Source: Candidatus Parcubacteria bacterium (GTDB taxonomy: Bacteria; Patescibacteriota; Minisyncoccia; Phycocordibacterales; CAIZLB01). From it: a stretch of 64,000 nt of DNA. The DNA lies in the NCBI GenBank assembly GCA_039795775.1, contig JBDKLC010000004.1, positions 21,982-85,981 of the forward strand, read 5' to 3'. The translations under genes were made by a program, and so were the position numbers. The notes under the pieces were generated by a model, which ran no database searches, was not told the DNA's origin, and was given only the letters and a program-made list of their open reading frames with translations. This document shows, in pieces, positions 50,058 to 60,501 of the stretch. Position 1 is the first letter of the stretch. Every line of letters begins with the position of its first letter.

Positions 50058-50243
50058 ATGGCTAAAACATCCGTAATTGCACGAGCATTAAAGAAACCAA
50101 AATTCCAGAGTCGAGTAGTTCGACGATGTTTTCGATGCGGTCGAAAAAGAGGATATATGCGAGATTTTGACATGTGTCGAATCTGCTTCCGAGAAGCCGC
50201 AAACGAAGGCCGAATTCCAGGTATTAAGAAATCATCATGGTAG
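50058..50243 (+). CDS. rpsN: 30S ribosomal protein S14 type Z
   Basis: RCFRCGR...CRICFRE zinc motif. Confidence 0.97.
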   Translation: MAKTSVIARALKKPKFQSRVVRRCFRCGRKRGYMRDFDMCRICFREAANEGRIPGIKKSSW

Positions 50244-50629
50244 ACATCACAGCAGAACTCATCATCAAACTTAAGAACGCAAACGTTGCAGGTAAGGCAA
50301 CAGTATCTTTCCCATACTCAAAGATGCGAGAGGCTATTCTCGAAGCTCTTAAGAAAGAAGGATTCATTAAGTCAGTATCTTCAAAAGGTAAAACAGTAGC
50401 AAAGTCTCTCGAAGTAGAACTTGCATACGAAGACAACAAGTCACCTAAAATTCAGGGTGTAGAACAAATTTCTAAATACTCTCGACGAGTGTATCAGAAG
50501 GCCTCAGAAATGAGACCAGTTCGAAACAACTTCGGTGCTCTTATCCTTACAACTCCAAAGGGCATTATGTCAGGCCGAAATGCTCGAAAAGAAAACGTAG
50601 GAGGTGAGGCCCTCTTTAAGATTTGGTAA
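50237..50629 (+). CDS. rpsH: 30S ribosomal protein S8
   Basis: TTPKGIM, VGGE; position in operon. Confidence 0.96.
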   Translation: MVDITAELIIKLKNANVAGKATVSFPYSKMREAILEALKKEGFIKSVSSKGKTVAKSLEVELAYEDNKSPKIQGVEQISKYSRRVYQKASEMRPVRNNFGALILTTPKGIMSGRNARKENVGGEALFKIW

Positions 50630-50645
50630 AAATAAACAGAAATAT

Positions 50646-51179
50646 ATGTCACGAATTGGAAAACAAATCATTCAAATCCCAGCAACTACTCAAGTATCAT
50701 ATACTGATGGTTTGTTAACTGTTAAAGGTCCTAAGGGAGAACTCAAAAAAGAGTTCAAGCCTACTGTCGCTATCAAGATTGAAAACAATCAGGTTACTCT
50801 TGAGCCAGTAAAGAAGGATCTTCAGACACAGGCTCTTTGGGGCACATATTCTGCCCATGTTGCAAACATGGTTCAGGGTGTTACAACTCCTTACGTTAAG
50901 AAGCTTATTCTCGAAGGTATCGGTTACAAAGCAGAAGTTCAGGGAACTACACTTAAAATGGCTCTTGGTTTCTCTCACCCAGTAAACCTCGAAATCCCAG
51001 CTGGCCTTACTGTTACATCTGAAAAAGGTGTTGTTACAGTAACTGGTCCAGACAAAGAACTTGTAGGCCAGTTCACTGCGATTGTTCGAGATCACAAGAA
51101 ACCTGAACCGTACAAGGGGAAAGGATTCCGATACGATAACGAAGTTATTAAGCGAAAGCAGGGTAAAAAGACAGCTTAA
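50646..51179 (+). CDS. rplF: 50S ribosomal protein L6
   Basis: MSRIGK, LGFSHP, PEPYKGKG. Confidence 0.98.
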   Translation: MSRIGKQIIQIPATTQVSYTDGLLTVKGPKGELKKEFKPTVAIKIENNQVTLEPVKKDLQTQALWGTYSAHVANMVQGVTTPYVKKLILEGIGYKAEVQGTTLKMALGFSHPVNLEIPAGLTVTSEKGVVTVTGPDKELVGQFTAIVRDHKKPEPYKGKGFRYDNEVIKRKQGKKTA

Positions 51180-51202
51180 GCTAAATACTAAAGACTAAAT
51201 TT

Positions 51203-51547
51203 ATGAAACAGACTATTACTTCATCATCACGAGACCGACGTCGAAAGCGAATTCGATCTACTGTATCAGGTACAGCAGAACGACCACGACTTTCTGTATA
51301 CAAATCAAACACAGCGACTTACGCTCAGCTTATTGATGATGAACGAGGTGTTACTTTGGTAGCTGCTTCATCTATGAACGTGAAAGGCAACAAAACAGAA
51401 GCTGCTAAAAAAGTAGGCATCGAAGTTGCAAAGAAGGCCGTAGAACAGAAGATTGCTAAAGTAGTCTTTGACCGAGGCGGATTTATTTACACTGGTCGAA
51501 TCAAAGCTCTTGCAGAAGGTGCTCGAGAAGGAGGACTCAACTTTTAA
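51203..51547 (+). CDS. rplR: 50S ribosomal protein L18
   Basis: [18 protein letters not shown]. Confidence 0.98.
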   Translation: MKQTITSSSRDRRRKRIRSTVSGTAERPRLSVYKSNTATYAQLIDDERGVTLVAASSMNVKGNKTEAAKKVGIEVAKKAVEQKIAKVVFDRGGFIYTGRIKALAEGAREGGLNF

Positions 51548-51559
51548 TACAAGAAATAT

Positions 51560-52180
51560 ATGACTGAAGAACAAAACGTACAACCAACTAACGAAGCACC
51601 TGCAGCCGCTCCAGCAGCACAGGCTCCTTCTTCATTCGCTCCACGAGGTCCTCGAGGACGAAACTCATCATCACGACCAGGAGGTGACCGATCTAAAGGC
51701 GGTGATCGACGAGGTGGACCACGACGAGAACCACGAGCTAAGCCAGAATACGATCAGAAAATTATCGACATTCGACGAGTAACTCGAGTATCATCAGGAG
51801 GACGACGATTCAGTTTTGCTGTATCTCTCGTTGCAGGTGATCGAAAAGGTAAAATTGGCGTAGGAACAGGAAAGGGAGGTGATACATCTCTCGCTGTAGA
51901 AAAGGCATTCCGAAATGCAAAGAAGAACATGATCAACATACACCTTACAAAAACAGGTAGTATTGCTCACGAAGTTCTTACAAAATTTGCTAGTGCTACA
52001 GTTCACATCCAGCCAGCTCCAGGACGAGGAATCGTAGCTGGTAGTTCAGTTCGAGATGTTATCGAACTCGCTGGTATCAAAGACATCACAGCTAAACTCC
52101 GATCTGGTACAAAGAACAAGCTTAACAACGCACGAGTAGCTGTACAGGCTCTCTCAATGGTTAAGAAGGCTCGATCATAA
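51560..52180 (+). CDS. rpsE: 30S ribosomal protein S5
   Basis: RVTRVSSGGRRFSF, PAPGRGIVAG; RG-rich N-terminal extension. Confidence 0.98.
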   Translation: MTEEQNVQPTNEAPAAAPAAQAPSSFAPRGPRGRNSSSRPGGDRSKGGDRRGGPRREPRAKPEYDQKIIDIRRVTRVSSGGRRFSFAVSLVAGDRKGKIGVGTGKGGDTSLAVEKAFRNAKKNMINIHLTKTGSIAHEVLTKFASATVHIQPAPGRGIVAGSSVRDVIELAGIKDITAKLRSGTKNKLNNARVAVQALSMVKKARS

Positions 52181-52197
52181 TCTCTAACTTTACTATC

Positions 52198-52638
52198 ATG
52201 CAGATCCACAACCTAAAGCGAGAAACCGCTAACAAAAAGAAAATCCAAGTAGGCCGAGGGGCTAAACGAGGTAAGACATCTGGCCGAGGAACAAAAGGAC
52301 AGAACGCTCGAGCTGGTCACAAAAAGCGACCAGAAATGCGAGATATCATCAAGAAGATTCCAAAGCTTCGAGGACGAGGTAAGAACTCTCTCCATTCTAT
52401 TCAGGCTGATGCTGTTGCCGTAAACTTGAACCTTCTCTCAGTATTCAAGGCTGGTGAAACAGTAACTCCAAAGACTCTTGCTGAAAGTGGTGTTATCACT
52501 ATGTACAAGGGACGATACCCACGAGTAAAAATTCTCTCTACTGGTGACATTTCTACTAAACTTAACTTCGCAAACTGTGAAGTATCAGCAGGTGCTAAGG
52601 CAAAGATCGAACAGGTTGGTGGTACAATTAAAGGGTAA
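52198..52638 (+). CDS. rplO: 50S ribosomal protein L15
   Basis: GKTSGRGTKGQNAR, AKAKIEQVGG. Confidence 0.97.
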   Translation: MQIHNLKRETANKKKIQVGRGAKRGKTSGRGTKGQNARAGHKKRPEMRDIIKKIPKLRGRGKNSLHSIQADAVAVNLNLLSVFKAGETVTPKTLAESGVITMYKGRYPRVKILSTGDISTKLNFANCEVSAGAKAKIEQVGGTIKG

Positions 52639-52659
52639 TACAAAATAATTATTTGCTCT

Positions 52660-53931
52660 ATGAACACATTTTTCCAAAAAATCCGAGCAATACTAACAGA
52701 CGCAGGGCTTCGAAACAAAATCCTATTTGTATTGGGAGCTCTTGTGGTATACCGATTCCTTTCTGTTATTCCTATTCCAAGTGTGAATCAGGCAGCTCTC
52801 GCACAGTTTTTAAATAACAACCAGTTCTTTGGTCTTTTGAACATCTTCTCTGGAGGTGGACTTTCTACACTCTCTATTGTGATGCTTTCAGTAAGTCCAT
52901 ACATCACAGCTTCTATCATCATGCAGCTCCTTACGATGATGTCTTCAAAGTTGAAGGATCTCTATCAGAATGAAGGAGAGCTAGGCCGAAAGAAGTTTTC
53001 TCAGTACACACGACTCATTACTGTACCTCTAGCATTCGTTCAGGGTTTTGGATTCCTCGTACTTCTTCAGCGACAGGGGATTGTAGGCAATCTCGGGATT
53101 GAAGCTCTTCTTACAAGCGTGATTACAGTAGTTGCCGGTTCTCTTCTTGTAATGTGGCTTGGAGAACTTATCTCAGAATTCGGTATCGGTAACGGTCTCT
53201 CAATGATTATCTTTGCAGGTATCGTTGCACGAATTCCTGCTACAATCGGTCAGCTCCAGTTTACACTCGACGCAGCACAGCTTCCACTTTTTATCGGTCT
53301 CGTGATTCTCGGTATCATCACTATTGCTGCGGTTATCTTCATCACAGAAGCTGAACGACCAATTCCAGTTACTTATGCAAAGCAGGTACGAGGTAGTCGA
53401 GTGTACGGCGGTACATCTACATACCTTCCACTTCGACTCAACCAGTCTGGTGTTATTCCAATCATCTTCGCACTTTCTATTCTTCTTCTCCCACAGATGG
53501 TTCTCAACCTTCTTACTTATTCAGGTAGTCCAACAATCGCAAGTATTTCACGGTTTGTAACAGACCTCATGGCTAATCCATGGTTCTACGCTGCGGCATA
53601 CTTCGTCCTTGTATTCTTCTTCACATTCTTCTACACAGCCGTTACATTTGATCCTCAGACAATTTCTACAAACCTTCAGAAGAATGGTGCATTTATCCCA
53701 GGTGTACGACCAGGCGATCCAACATCAACTTACTTGAGTAAAGTAGTGACTCGAATCACTCTCGTCGGAGCACTCTTCCTTGGCGTGATTGCGGTTCTCC
53801 CAGCTATCATTCATGCGGTGACTGGCAACCAAGCAATTACAATCGGAGGTACAGCACTTCTCATCGTAGTATCAGTAGTAATTGACCTCATCAAAAAGGT
53901 TGATGCTCAGCTCTCAATGCGAGAATATTAA
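52660..53931 (+). CDS. secY: Preprotein translocase SecY
   Basis: PYITASIIMQLL, GIGNGLS, FIPGVRPG, GGTALLIVV. Confidence 0.99.
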   Translation: MNTFFQKIRAILTDAGLRNKILFVLGALVVYRFLSVIPIPSVNQAALAQFLNNNQFFGLLNIFSGGGLSTLSIVMLSVSPYITASIIMQLLTMMSSKLKDLYQNEGELGRKKFSQYTRLITVPLAFVQGFGFLVLLQRQGIVGNLGIEALLTSVITVVAGSLLVMWLGELISEFGIGNGLSMIIFAGIVARIPATIGQLQFTLDAAQLPLFIGLVILGIITIAAVIFITEAERPIPVTYAKQVRGSRVYGGTSTYLPLRLNQSGVIPIIFALSILLLPQMVLNLLTYSGSPTIASISRFVTDLMANPWFYAAAYFVLVFFFTFFYTAVTFDPQTISTNLQKNGAFIPGVRPGDPTSTYLSKVVTRITLVGALFLGVIAVLPAIIHAVTGNQAITIGGTALLIVVSVVIDLIKKVDAQLSMREY

Positions 53932-53957
53932 TTCTCAATTTTCCTTAAAGAAATAAT

Positions 53958-53993
53958 AAAGAAAAGGCTCTCCGTAAGGAGAGCCTTTTCTTT
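53958..53993 (+). terminator. Terminator after secY
   Basis: aaagaaaaggctctcc-gtaa-ggagagccttttcttt. Confidence 0.85.
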
Positions 53994-54030
53994 GTTGATT
54001 TTTTGTTTATATAAAGTATGCTTTTGGCAG

Positions 54031-54528
54031 ATGAACCCAACTCCACGCAATTCGTTTGTCGTGCTTGTGATGTCAGGACTCATCCTTGTAATTACGTATT
54101 TTCTCATCGAACTAGATATCGTCGATGCAAAAACTGGCCTACAGCTATTTCTTCTTGGGCAAGCTGTACTGCTTGTAGGACATGGAACCAACATGTTTAT
54201 TCCTTGGCTGCGAAACCGGTCACAGATGAAAATTACACGACTTGAAGCTTTGGTCTTGGATCAAGTTCGTCGTGCTATCAATGAGATAGTCGAGCGCCAG
54301 CACATGTTGGCAAAGTTCCGGATTTACTTCAAGGTAGATTCCGAAGAAGACTTCGAATTTGTAATCGATGGCCAGAAAGTTGTCGCCTACATATTTAAAG
54401 GGGGAAGTGTATCTATCATAGGACCACACCAAGCTCTTCTTTTGTTCGAAAGAGAAATAAAATTACGTAATCTCGAGGATTGGTCTTTTCAACCACTGCC
54501 CGAATCCACTGACTATGCAACTATTTAA
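54031..54528 (+). CDS. Orphan two-TM hypothetical protein
   Basis: Two hydrophobic helices then a soluble domain; followed by hairpin ccgccgcagcc-aaa-ggactgcggcgg. Confidence 0.6.
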   Translation: MNPTPRNSFVVLVMSGLILVITYFLIELDIVDAKTGLQLFLLGQAVLLVGHGTNMFIPWLRNRSQMKITRLEALVLDQVRRAINEIVERQHMLAKFRIYFKVDSEEDFEFVIDGQKVVAYIFKGGSVSIIGPHQALLLFEREIKLRNLEDWSFQPLPESTDYATI

Positions 54529-54584
54529 CCCCGCCGCAGCCAAAGGACTGCGGCGGTTTCACTTTATGCTTTTAGTTCCTTATG

Positions 54585-55472
54585 TTATTTCCAAAAGAAG
54601 TACCCTACGATGGCAAATGTGAAAAGCGGAGAAAGCCAGCTCGGAATATGACCTCCAAGCGAATCTACGAGCATAATGATGCCCAAGACAGCAATGGAGT
54701 ACATAGCACCGTTCTTGAGGTATTTATAGCGCTTTACACGCTCTATATTGCCAATTGTGAGCCGACGTACCACTATGGCCCCAATACCGTTCCCAATGAG
54801 AATTAGGGGTATAGAAAGGGTAAAGGCAAAAGCTCCCAAAACTCCGTCTATAGAGAAGCACGCGTCAATGGCTTCAAGGTACAAAAGCATGGCTATATCT
54901 GACCTTCCTTTTGACCCATGCTCGAGAATTTCTCGTTCAGCTTGTTCTGCATTTTCTTTAAATCCATGAATGATAAAGAAGTCTGTTGAACCAACGACAG
55001 CACCGAATGCAAGCATTGGGTTGATGTGTATACCTTTCCATACAACAAACATAAGAATTACAGATGCGAGAGCGTAAAACCAAACTCCATGTCGGTGAAT
55101 AAACTTCTCACCAATGAGACCGTATTCTTTTCTCTCAAGGAAAAGCCAATGGAGAAATAGGAAGATAAGGAAGATGCCCGCACCTCCGAGGAGAATTGGA
55201 GCCGTTTTATCAATGATTTCGACTACTCGGGGATCGGCACTAAATGAAGCCATAAAAGCTTCTTTTGCACTAAGACCTCCCGCTGTCATGAGGATAAGCC
55301 AAGGAAGGAGTCCTCGAACAGCAAATACACCGATAAATATTCCCCAGGTAAGGAAGAGTTTTTTTGCTCGCTCAGACATTTTGCCGAGTACTTCTGCATT
55401 GATAACAGCATTGTCGATACTATTAACAATTTCAAAAAGGACGAGTCCCGCAAGTGTAAAAATGATATTCAT
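54585..55472 (-). CDS. DUF475 / TerC-like membrane protein
   Basis: SIDNAVINA, LYLEAIDACFSIDGVLGAFA, YLKNGAMYSI. Confidence 0.88.
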   Translation of the reverse strand: MNIIFTLAGLVLFEIVNSIDNAVINAEVLGKMSERAKKLFLTWGIFIGVFAVRGLLPWLILMTAGGLSAKEAFMASFSADPRVVEIIDKTAPILLGGAGIFLIFLFLHWLFLERKEYGLIGEKFIHRHGVWFYALASVILMFVVWKGIHINPMLAFGAVVGSTDFFIIHGFKENAEQAEREILEHGSKGRSDIAMLLYLEAIDACFSIDGVLGAFAFTLSIPLILIGNGIGAIVVRRLTIGNIERVKRYKYLKNGAMYSIAVLGIIMLVDSLGGHIPSWLSPLFTFAIVGYFFWK

Positions 55473-55516
55473 ACTATTTTCTATTATAATATGTACAACT
55501 AATTAAACACATACGT

Positions 55517-56074
55517 ATGATTGAATTTACAAAACCTATTCGAGTACTGATTTTGGCCAGTATGGTAATGACGTTAGCCTTTGGTATTTTTACTCCGTTT
55601 TATGTAGTTTTCATTCAATCGCTTAAAGGGAGCCTCTCCTTTGCTGGACTTTCTATGGGAGTATTTTCGATTGTGAGTGGAATCTTCATTCTGTTTATTG
55701 GAAGACTAGAATCTCATCATAAGAATAAAAAACATTTACTTGCTGTGGGATATTTCTTGAGAGGGCTAGCTTTTGTTAGTTTATCAGTTGCTGTAACAAA
55801 TATTCATCTGCTTCTTATTCAGGTTCTTTTAGGAATGGGTTCGGCATTCACTGTTCCTGCGTTCGATGCCCTGTATACAAAGTATGTTAATAGAGAAGAT
55901 TCAACAATGCAGTGGGCTGGGCTTCAAAGTATGACAAGTATTTCTACTGGTATTGCGGCCCTTGCCGGAGGTATTTTTATTGAATACTTTGGTTTTCAAA
56001 GTATATTTCTATCACTTGGATGTATTTCAATAGTGCTGTCTCTCTATATTTTCTCTAACAAAGAGTTGATCTAG
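55517..56074 (+). CDS. Half-size (about 6 TM) MFS-like membrane protein
   Basis: 185 aa; motif-A-like GRLESHHKNKK after TM2; LLGMGSAFTVPAFDALY. Confidence 0.7.
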   Translation: MIEFTKPIRVLILASMVMTLAFGIFTPFYVVFIQSLKGSLSFAGLSMGVFSIVSGIFILFIGRLESHHKNKKHLLAVGYFLRGLAFVSLSVAVTNIHLLLIQVLLGMGSAFTVPAFDALYTKYVNREDSTMQWAGLQSMTSISTGIAALAGGIFIEYFGFQSIFLSLGCISIVLSLYIFSNKELI

Positions 56075-56090
56075 CTGATATAATTTATAT

Positions 56091-56687
56091 ATGACCCCAA
56101 AAACATTCATTCTTATCGGCCGATCTGGATCTGGAAAGGGAACACAAGCAAAACTTCTTCGAGAAGCACTTGCATCAAAAGAAACTGAAGGAAGAAACAT
56201 CTATTATGTAGAAACAGGCGCACGGTTCCGAGAATTTATTCAAGGTGAGAGCTACTCAAGTTCACTCGCTGCTGAGATAAATAAAATTGGCGCAAGACAG
56301 CCGGACTTTCTCGCTGTGTGGAATTGGGCGCACTATCTCGTTCATGACATGACAGGTGAAGAACATCTCATGTTTGACGGTACACCTCGTTCTTATGGAG
56401 AGGCTGTTATTATTGACGGCGCACTTAAGTTTTATAAAAGAGAAAAGCCGATTGTTGTGTATCTCAATGTAAGTCGAGAGTGGTCTCGAAAGCATCTCCT
56501 CGCTCGAGGAAGAATGGACGACAAAACAGAAGATGAAGTAGATCGAAGACTCAATTGGTTTGATACAGACGTAATGCCTGCGGTTGAATACTTTAAAAAA
56601 CACCCAGAATATCAGTTTGTCGATGTGCATGGAGAGCAGAGTATCGAAGAAGTGCATCAAGAAATTATAAAAGCGGTGAATCTTTAA
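56091..56687 (+). CDS. adk: Adenylate kinase family NMP kinase (short LID)
   Basis: GRSGSGKGTQA, FDGTPR, RGRMDD. Confidence 0.9.
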   Translation: MTPKTFILIGRSGSGKGTQAKLLREALASKETEGRNIYYVETGARFREFIQGESYSSSLAAEINKIGARQPDFLAVWNWAHYLVHDMTGEEHLMFDGTPRSYGEAVIIDGALKFYKREKPIVVYLNVSREWSRKHLLARGRMDDKTEDEVDRRLNWFDTDVMPAVEYFKKHPEYQFVDVHGEQSIEEVHQEIIKAVNL

Positions 56688-56743
56688 ATCTTCGAAAAAG
56701 GTTTATTTTTCCTTGATTTTCTGTTAATGTAGCCTCACATACA

Positions 56744-57529
56744 ATGGTTAAACTTAAGACAAAAGAAGAGATCGCTATCCTCCGAGAAGCTGGCAAAAAG
56801 GCAGCCTTTATTTTGAATGAACTAAAAAAGGACTGTGTTCCTGGGGCTTCTACTATGGATATCAATAAAAAGGCCCTCCAGATGTGTAAAGACGCTGGTG
56901 CAGAGCCTTCTTTCTTGGGGTACCAGCCATGGACAGCACCTCGACCATTTCCTGCAGCACTCTGTGTTTCTGTAAATGATGTGATTATTCACGGTATTCC
57001 AAACGAAAAACCAATCGTTCTCAAAGAAGGTGATATTGTATCGCTTGATATTGGTCTTATTTACAAAGGACTCTTTGTCGATACTGCCGTAAGTATTGGC
57101 GTAGGTGAAATAGATACCAAGGCTGCTAAGCTCCTTGAAGCAGGACAGAAGTCACTCGACGCTGCTATTTTTGTGTGTAAGCCAGGTATTCGAACAGGTG
57201 ACATTGGTCATGCTGTGGAATCTGCAATGGCATATTATAAAAAGACATATGGTTTCAATCTCGCGGATCCTGTCCTTGGCGGTCACGGTGTAGGACACGG
57301 TGTACATGAAGATCCATTTGTACCAAACTCAAGTGCAAAGAATCAGGGGTACCAGCTCAAACCAGGACTTGTTATTGCTATCGAACCAATGGTTAACGAA
57401 GGAACATGGAGAATCAAAGCAGACAACGACGGATATACCTACAGAACAGGCGACGGCAAGCGAAGTGTTCATTTTGAACACACTGTTGCTATCACAGAAG
57501 ACGGAGTTGAAGTTCTTACTGAACTCTAA
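56744..57529 (+). CDS. map: Methionine aminopeptidase type I
   Basis: SVNDVIIHGIP, GHGVG..VHEDP, AIEPM, HFEHT. Confidence 0.97.
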   Translation: MVKLKTKEEIAILREAGKKAAFILNELKKDCVPGASTMDINKKALQMCKDAGAEPSFLGYQPWTAPRPFPAALCVSVNDVIIHGIPNEKPIVLKEGDIVSLDIGLIYKGLFVDTAVSIGVGEIDTKAAKLLEAGQKSLDAAIFVCKPGIRTGDIGHAVESAMAYYKKTYGFNLADPVLGGHGVGHGVHEDPFVPNSSAKNQGYQLKPGLVIAIEPMVNEGTWRIKADNDGYTYRTGDGKRSVHFEHTVAITEDGVEVLTEL

Positions 57530-57599
57530 TTTTTCAAATTTCTCAGACAATTGAATAACTGCATTCATAATACGCACGTGTTGAGATATAATATGCGTA

Positions 57600-60410
57600 A
57601 TGGAAAAAATATTTTCTTCAAACGAACTTCCACAATTTAAATCTCCTGAAGAAGAACTCAACTATCTTCGACAAGTTGTTGCATCACGAGAATCAGCATC
57701 TCACAGCGAAGGGGAGAAGGTTGATCGTGCGGCAATCATTTCTGAAGAGCTCGCGCAGTATCGTGTTCAAGATGCCGACCGGGTACTTCACGAACACTTT
57801 AAAATTGCTGAAGCCGAGAAACAAGAAATAGTACTTGAGCTTTCACCAGAAACTCACGACAAAAAGATAGAAGAACTTCTTCCAATTCTCTACGAAAAAG
57901 GTATTTACAATACGCTTTCTATTATTGATGCGATGAATAGTCCTCACCTTGATGACGATTTTCACCGTTTTCTTATTGAATATATAAAGAAGGGCTATCC
58001 AGTGACGGGGCTTTCAGAAGATGCGCCTTTGTATAAAACGCTTACGCACACTCTCTACGAAGTAGCCCTCCCTGAAACAAAGAAAGAAGACCAAGCTAAA
58101 GCCCTCAAAGAGCTCTTGTCTTCTATGGAGCAGTTTTATGCAGGTATGCTTTCTGTAGCTCCAACAGCCAAAGGACACGGATTTAATGAATCTCAGTTTA
58201 CTATTGAGCTCGCAGTTGCCGATGGCAGCGATGAGTTTGTGTTTTATGTATCTGTCCCAAATGGCAAAACTGATCTGTTTGAAAAACAAATCCTTTCTAT
58301 TTTTGCCAATGCTCGTATTAGTGAAAAGAAGGACGATTACAATGTATTCAACTCAGAGGGTATTGCCGTTGCATCTGTTGCTACGCAAGCAAAGAATTCA
58401 ATTTTTCCAATAAAGACTTACGAAGGTTTTGACTATGATCCGCTCAACGTTATTTTGAATACACTTTCCAAGCTTGAAAAAACAGGAGAAGGTGCGGCAA
58501 TTCAAATTATTATCAATCCAGTAGGGGATTATTATGTAAAACACTACAAGGGTGCTCTCGATGAAATTCAAAAAGGTACAAGTGTAAGTAAGGCAATTGA
58601 TATTCAGCATTCATTCTGGGGAGAATTTAAAAAACTTGGACGAGATCTTGCTAAAGATTTGGTAAATGATGTTGTAAAAGGGGATAAGAAAAAGGATGAC
58701 AAACCTCCTGTTATTGATTCGATTGCCGTAGATCAGATTACAAAAAAAGTTTCTACTCCTATTGTAGAGACAAATATTCGAGTAGTTGCCTCTGCGTCGA
58801 GCCGGTCAAGAGCAGAACATATTATTTCTGATATCGAGTCTTCATTCAATCAGTTCCAAAACTCACTTGGAAATACATTGTCTTTCAAACGACAAGATGC
58901 TGGTTCACTCAAAAAAGCACTTCACAATTTCTCATATCGAATATTTACATCTGAAGAAGCCGTTCCATTGTCTCTTCATGAACTTACAAGTGTAATGCAC
59001 TTTCCAGTAGTAAGTTCTGGCTCATCACCACAACTCAAGCAGTCTAAAGCGGGAACAGCGCCAGCTCCACTCGATCTTCCAAAAGAAGGACTCTTCCTTG
59101 GTACAAACAAGCATCGAAACGTAGAAACTAAGGCATATATTGGCAAAGAGGACCGACTCAGACACTTCTATGCTATTGGGCAAACAGGTACAGGTAAGTC
59201 TACAATGCTCCGAAATATGATCATTCAGGATATAAAAGCCGGTCACGGCGTTTGTTTCATCGATCCGCACGGTTCAGATGTTCAAGATATTCTTTCTCAT
59301 ATTCCACCTGAACGGTACGACGACCTTATCTATTTTGATCCAAGTCATACTGATCGGCCTATGGCTCTCAACATGCTCGAATACAATCGAGATTTTCCAG
59401 AGCAAAAAACATTCGTAGTGAATGAGCTTTTTAGTATTTTCCAAAAACTGTACGGAGGTGTTCCCGAATCTATGGGGCCAATGTTCGAACAGTATTTCCG
59501 AAATGCGACTATGCTTGTTATCGAAGATCCGGATAGTGGTTCAACACTTCTCGATGTGTCACGAGTAATGGCGGTGAAAAGTTTCCGAGATATGAAGATT
59601 TCAAAGTGTAAAAACCCTGTGGTAGTACAGTTTTGGAAAGATATTGCTGAAAAAGCGGGTGGGGAAGGATCTCTTCAAAACATGGTGCCGTACATCACCA
59701 GTAAGTTCGACGTATTCTTGGCGAACGATATTATGCGACCAATCATCGCTCAAGAAAAATCTAGTTTCAACTTCCGTGAAATCATGGATTCAAAGAAGAT
59801 TCTTTTAGTAAATCTTGCAAAGGGCCGACTCGGTGATATCAACTCATCACTTATTGGTCTCATTCTCGTAGGTAAAATCCTTATGGCTGCACTTTCTCGA
59901 GTAGATTCGTTTGGTAAGGACATGAATGATTTCTATCTTTATATCGACGAGTTCCAGAACATTACGACACCATCTATTTCAACTATCCTTTCGGAAGCCC
60001 GAAAATACAAACTTTCGCTCAACATTGCGCATCAGTTTATTGCTCAGCTCGACGAAAAGATTAAAGACGCCGTGTTTGGTAACGTGGGCTCTATGGCTGT
60101 ATTCCGAGTCGGAGCAGAGGATGCTGAATTCCTCCAAAAGCAGTTTGAACCAGTATTTACAGCTAACGATATTATGAATATCGATAACATGAATGCATAT
60201 ATCAAAATGCTCTCACGTGGCCGACCAACCCGACCATTCAACATCGAATTTACATGGCCTCCAAAAGGAAATGAAAAGATTGTCGAAGACCTCAAACAGC
60301 TTTCGTATCTCAAGTATGGTCAGGATAGAGCAGAAGTAGAAGCCGCAGTAATGGAAAAATATAAAAAAGAACCTCTGATTCCGCGGCCATCACTGGTAGA
60401 TCAAAAGTAA
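57600..60410 (+). CDS. VirD4/TraG/HerA-like P-loop ATPase (CPR-type)
   Basis: RHFYAIGQTGTGKS, FIDPHG, YIDEFQN, SEARKY.L.LNIAHQ. Confidence 0.88.
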   Translation: MEKIFSSNELPQFKSPEEELNYLRQVVASRESASHSEGEKVDRAAIISEELAQYRVQDADRVLHEHFKIAEAEKQEIVLELSPETHDKKIEELLPILYEKGIYNTLSIIDAMNSPHLDDDFHRFLIEYIKKGYPVTGLSEDAPLYKTLTHTLYEVALPETKKEDQAKALKELLSSMEQFYAGMLSVAPTAKGHGFNESQFTIELAVADGSDEFVFYVSVPNGKTDLFEKQILSIFANARISEKKDDYNVFNSEGIAVASVATQAKNSIFPIKTYEGFDYDPLNVILNTLSKLEKTGEGAAIQIIINPVGDYYVKHYKGALDEIQKGTSVSKAIDIQHSFWGEFKKLGRDLAKDLVNDVVKGDKKKDDKPPVIDSIAVDQITKKVSTPIVETNIRVVASASSRSRAEHIISDIESSFNQFQNSLGNTLSFKRQDAGSLKKALHNFSYRIFTSEEAVPLSLHELTSVMHFPVVSSGSSPQLKQSKAGTAPAPLDLPKEGLFLGTNKHRNVETKAYIGKEDRLRHFYAIGQTGTGKSTMLRNMIIQDIKAGHGVCFIDPHGSDVQDILSHIPPERYDDLIYFDPSHTDRPMALNMLEYNRDFPEQKTFVVNELFSIFQKLYGGVPESMGPMFEQYFRNATMLVIEDPDSGSTLLDVSRVMAVKSFRDMKISKCKNPVVVQFWKDIAEKAGGEGSLQNMVPYITSKFDVFLANDIMRPIIAQEKSSFNFREIMDSKKILLVNLAKGRLGDINSSLIGLILVGKILMAALSRVDSFGKDMNDFYLYIDEFQNITTPSISTILSEARKYKLSLNIAHQFIAQLDEKIKDAVFGNVGSMAVFRVGAEDAEFLQKQFEPVFTANDIMNIDNMNAYIKMLSRGRPTRPFNIEFTWPPKGNEKIVEDLKQLSYLKYGQDRAEVEAAVMEKYKKEPLIPRPSLVDQK

Positions 60411-60501
60411 AGAAAATTAAAGGACAGCGACTATGAGACAAATCCCCGAAAAGGGGATTTTCCACATCTACAAATATAAAAAAGGTGTATAATCAAGGAC
60501 A

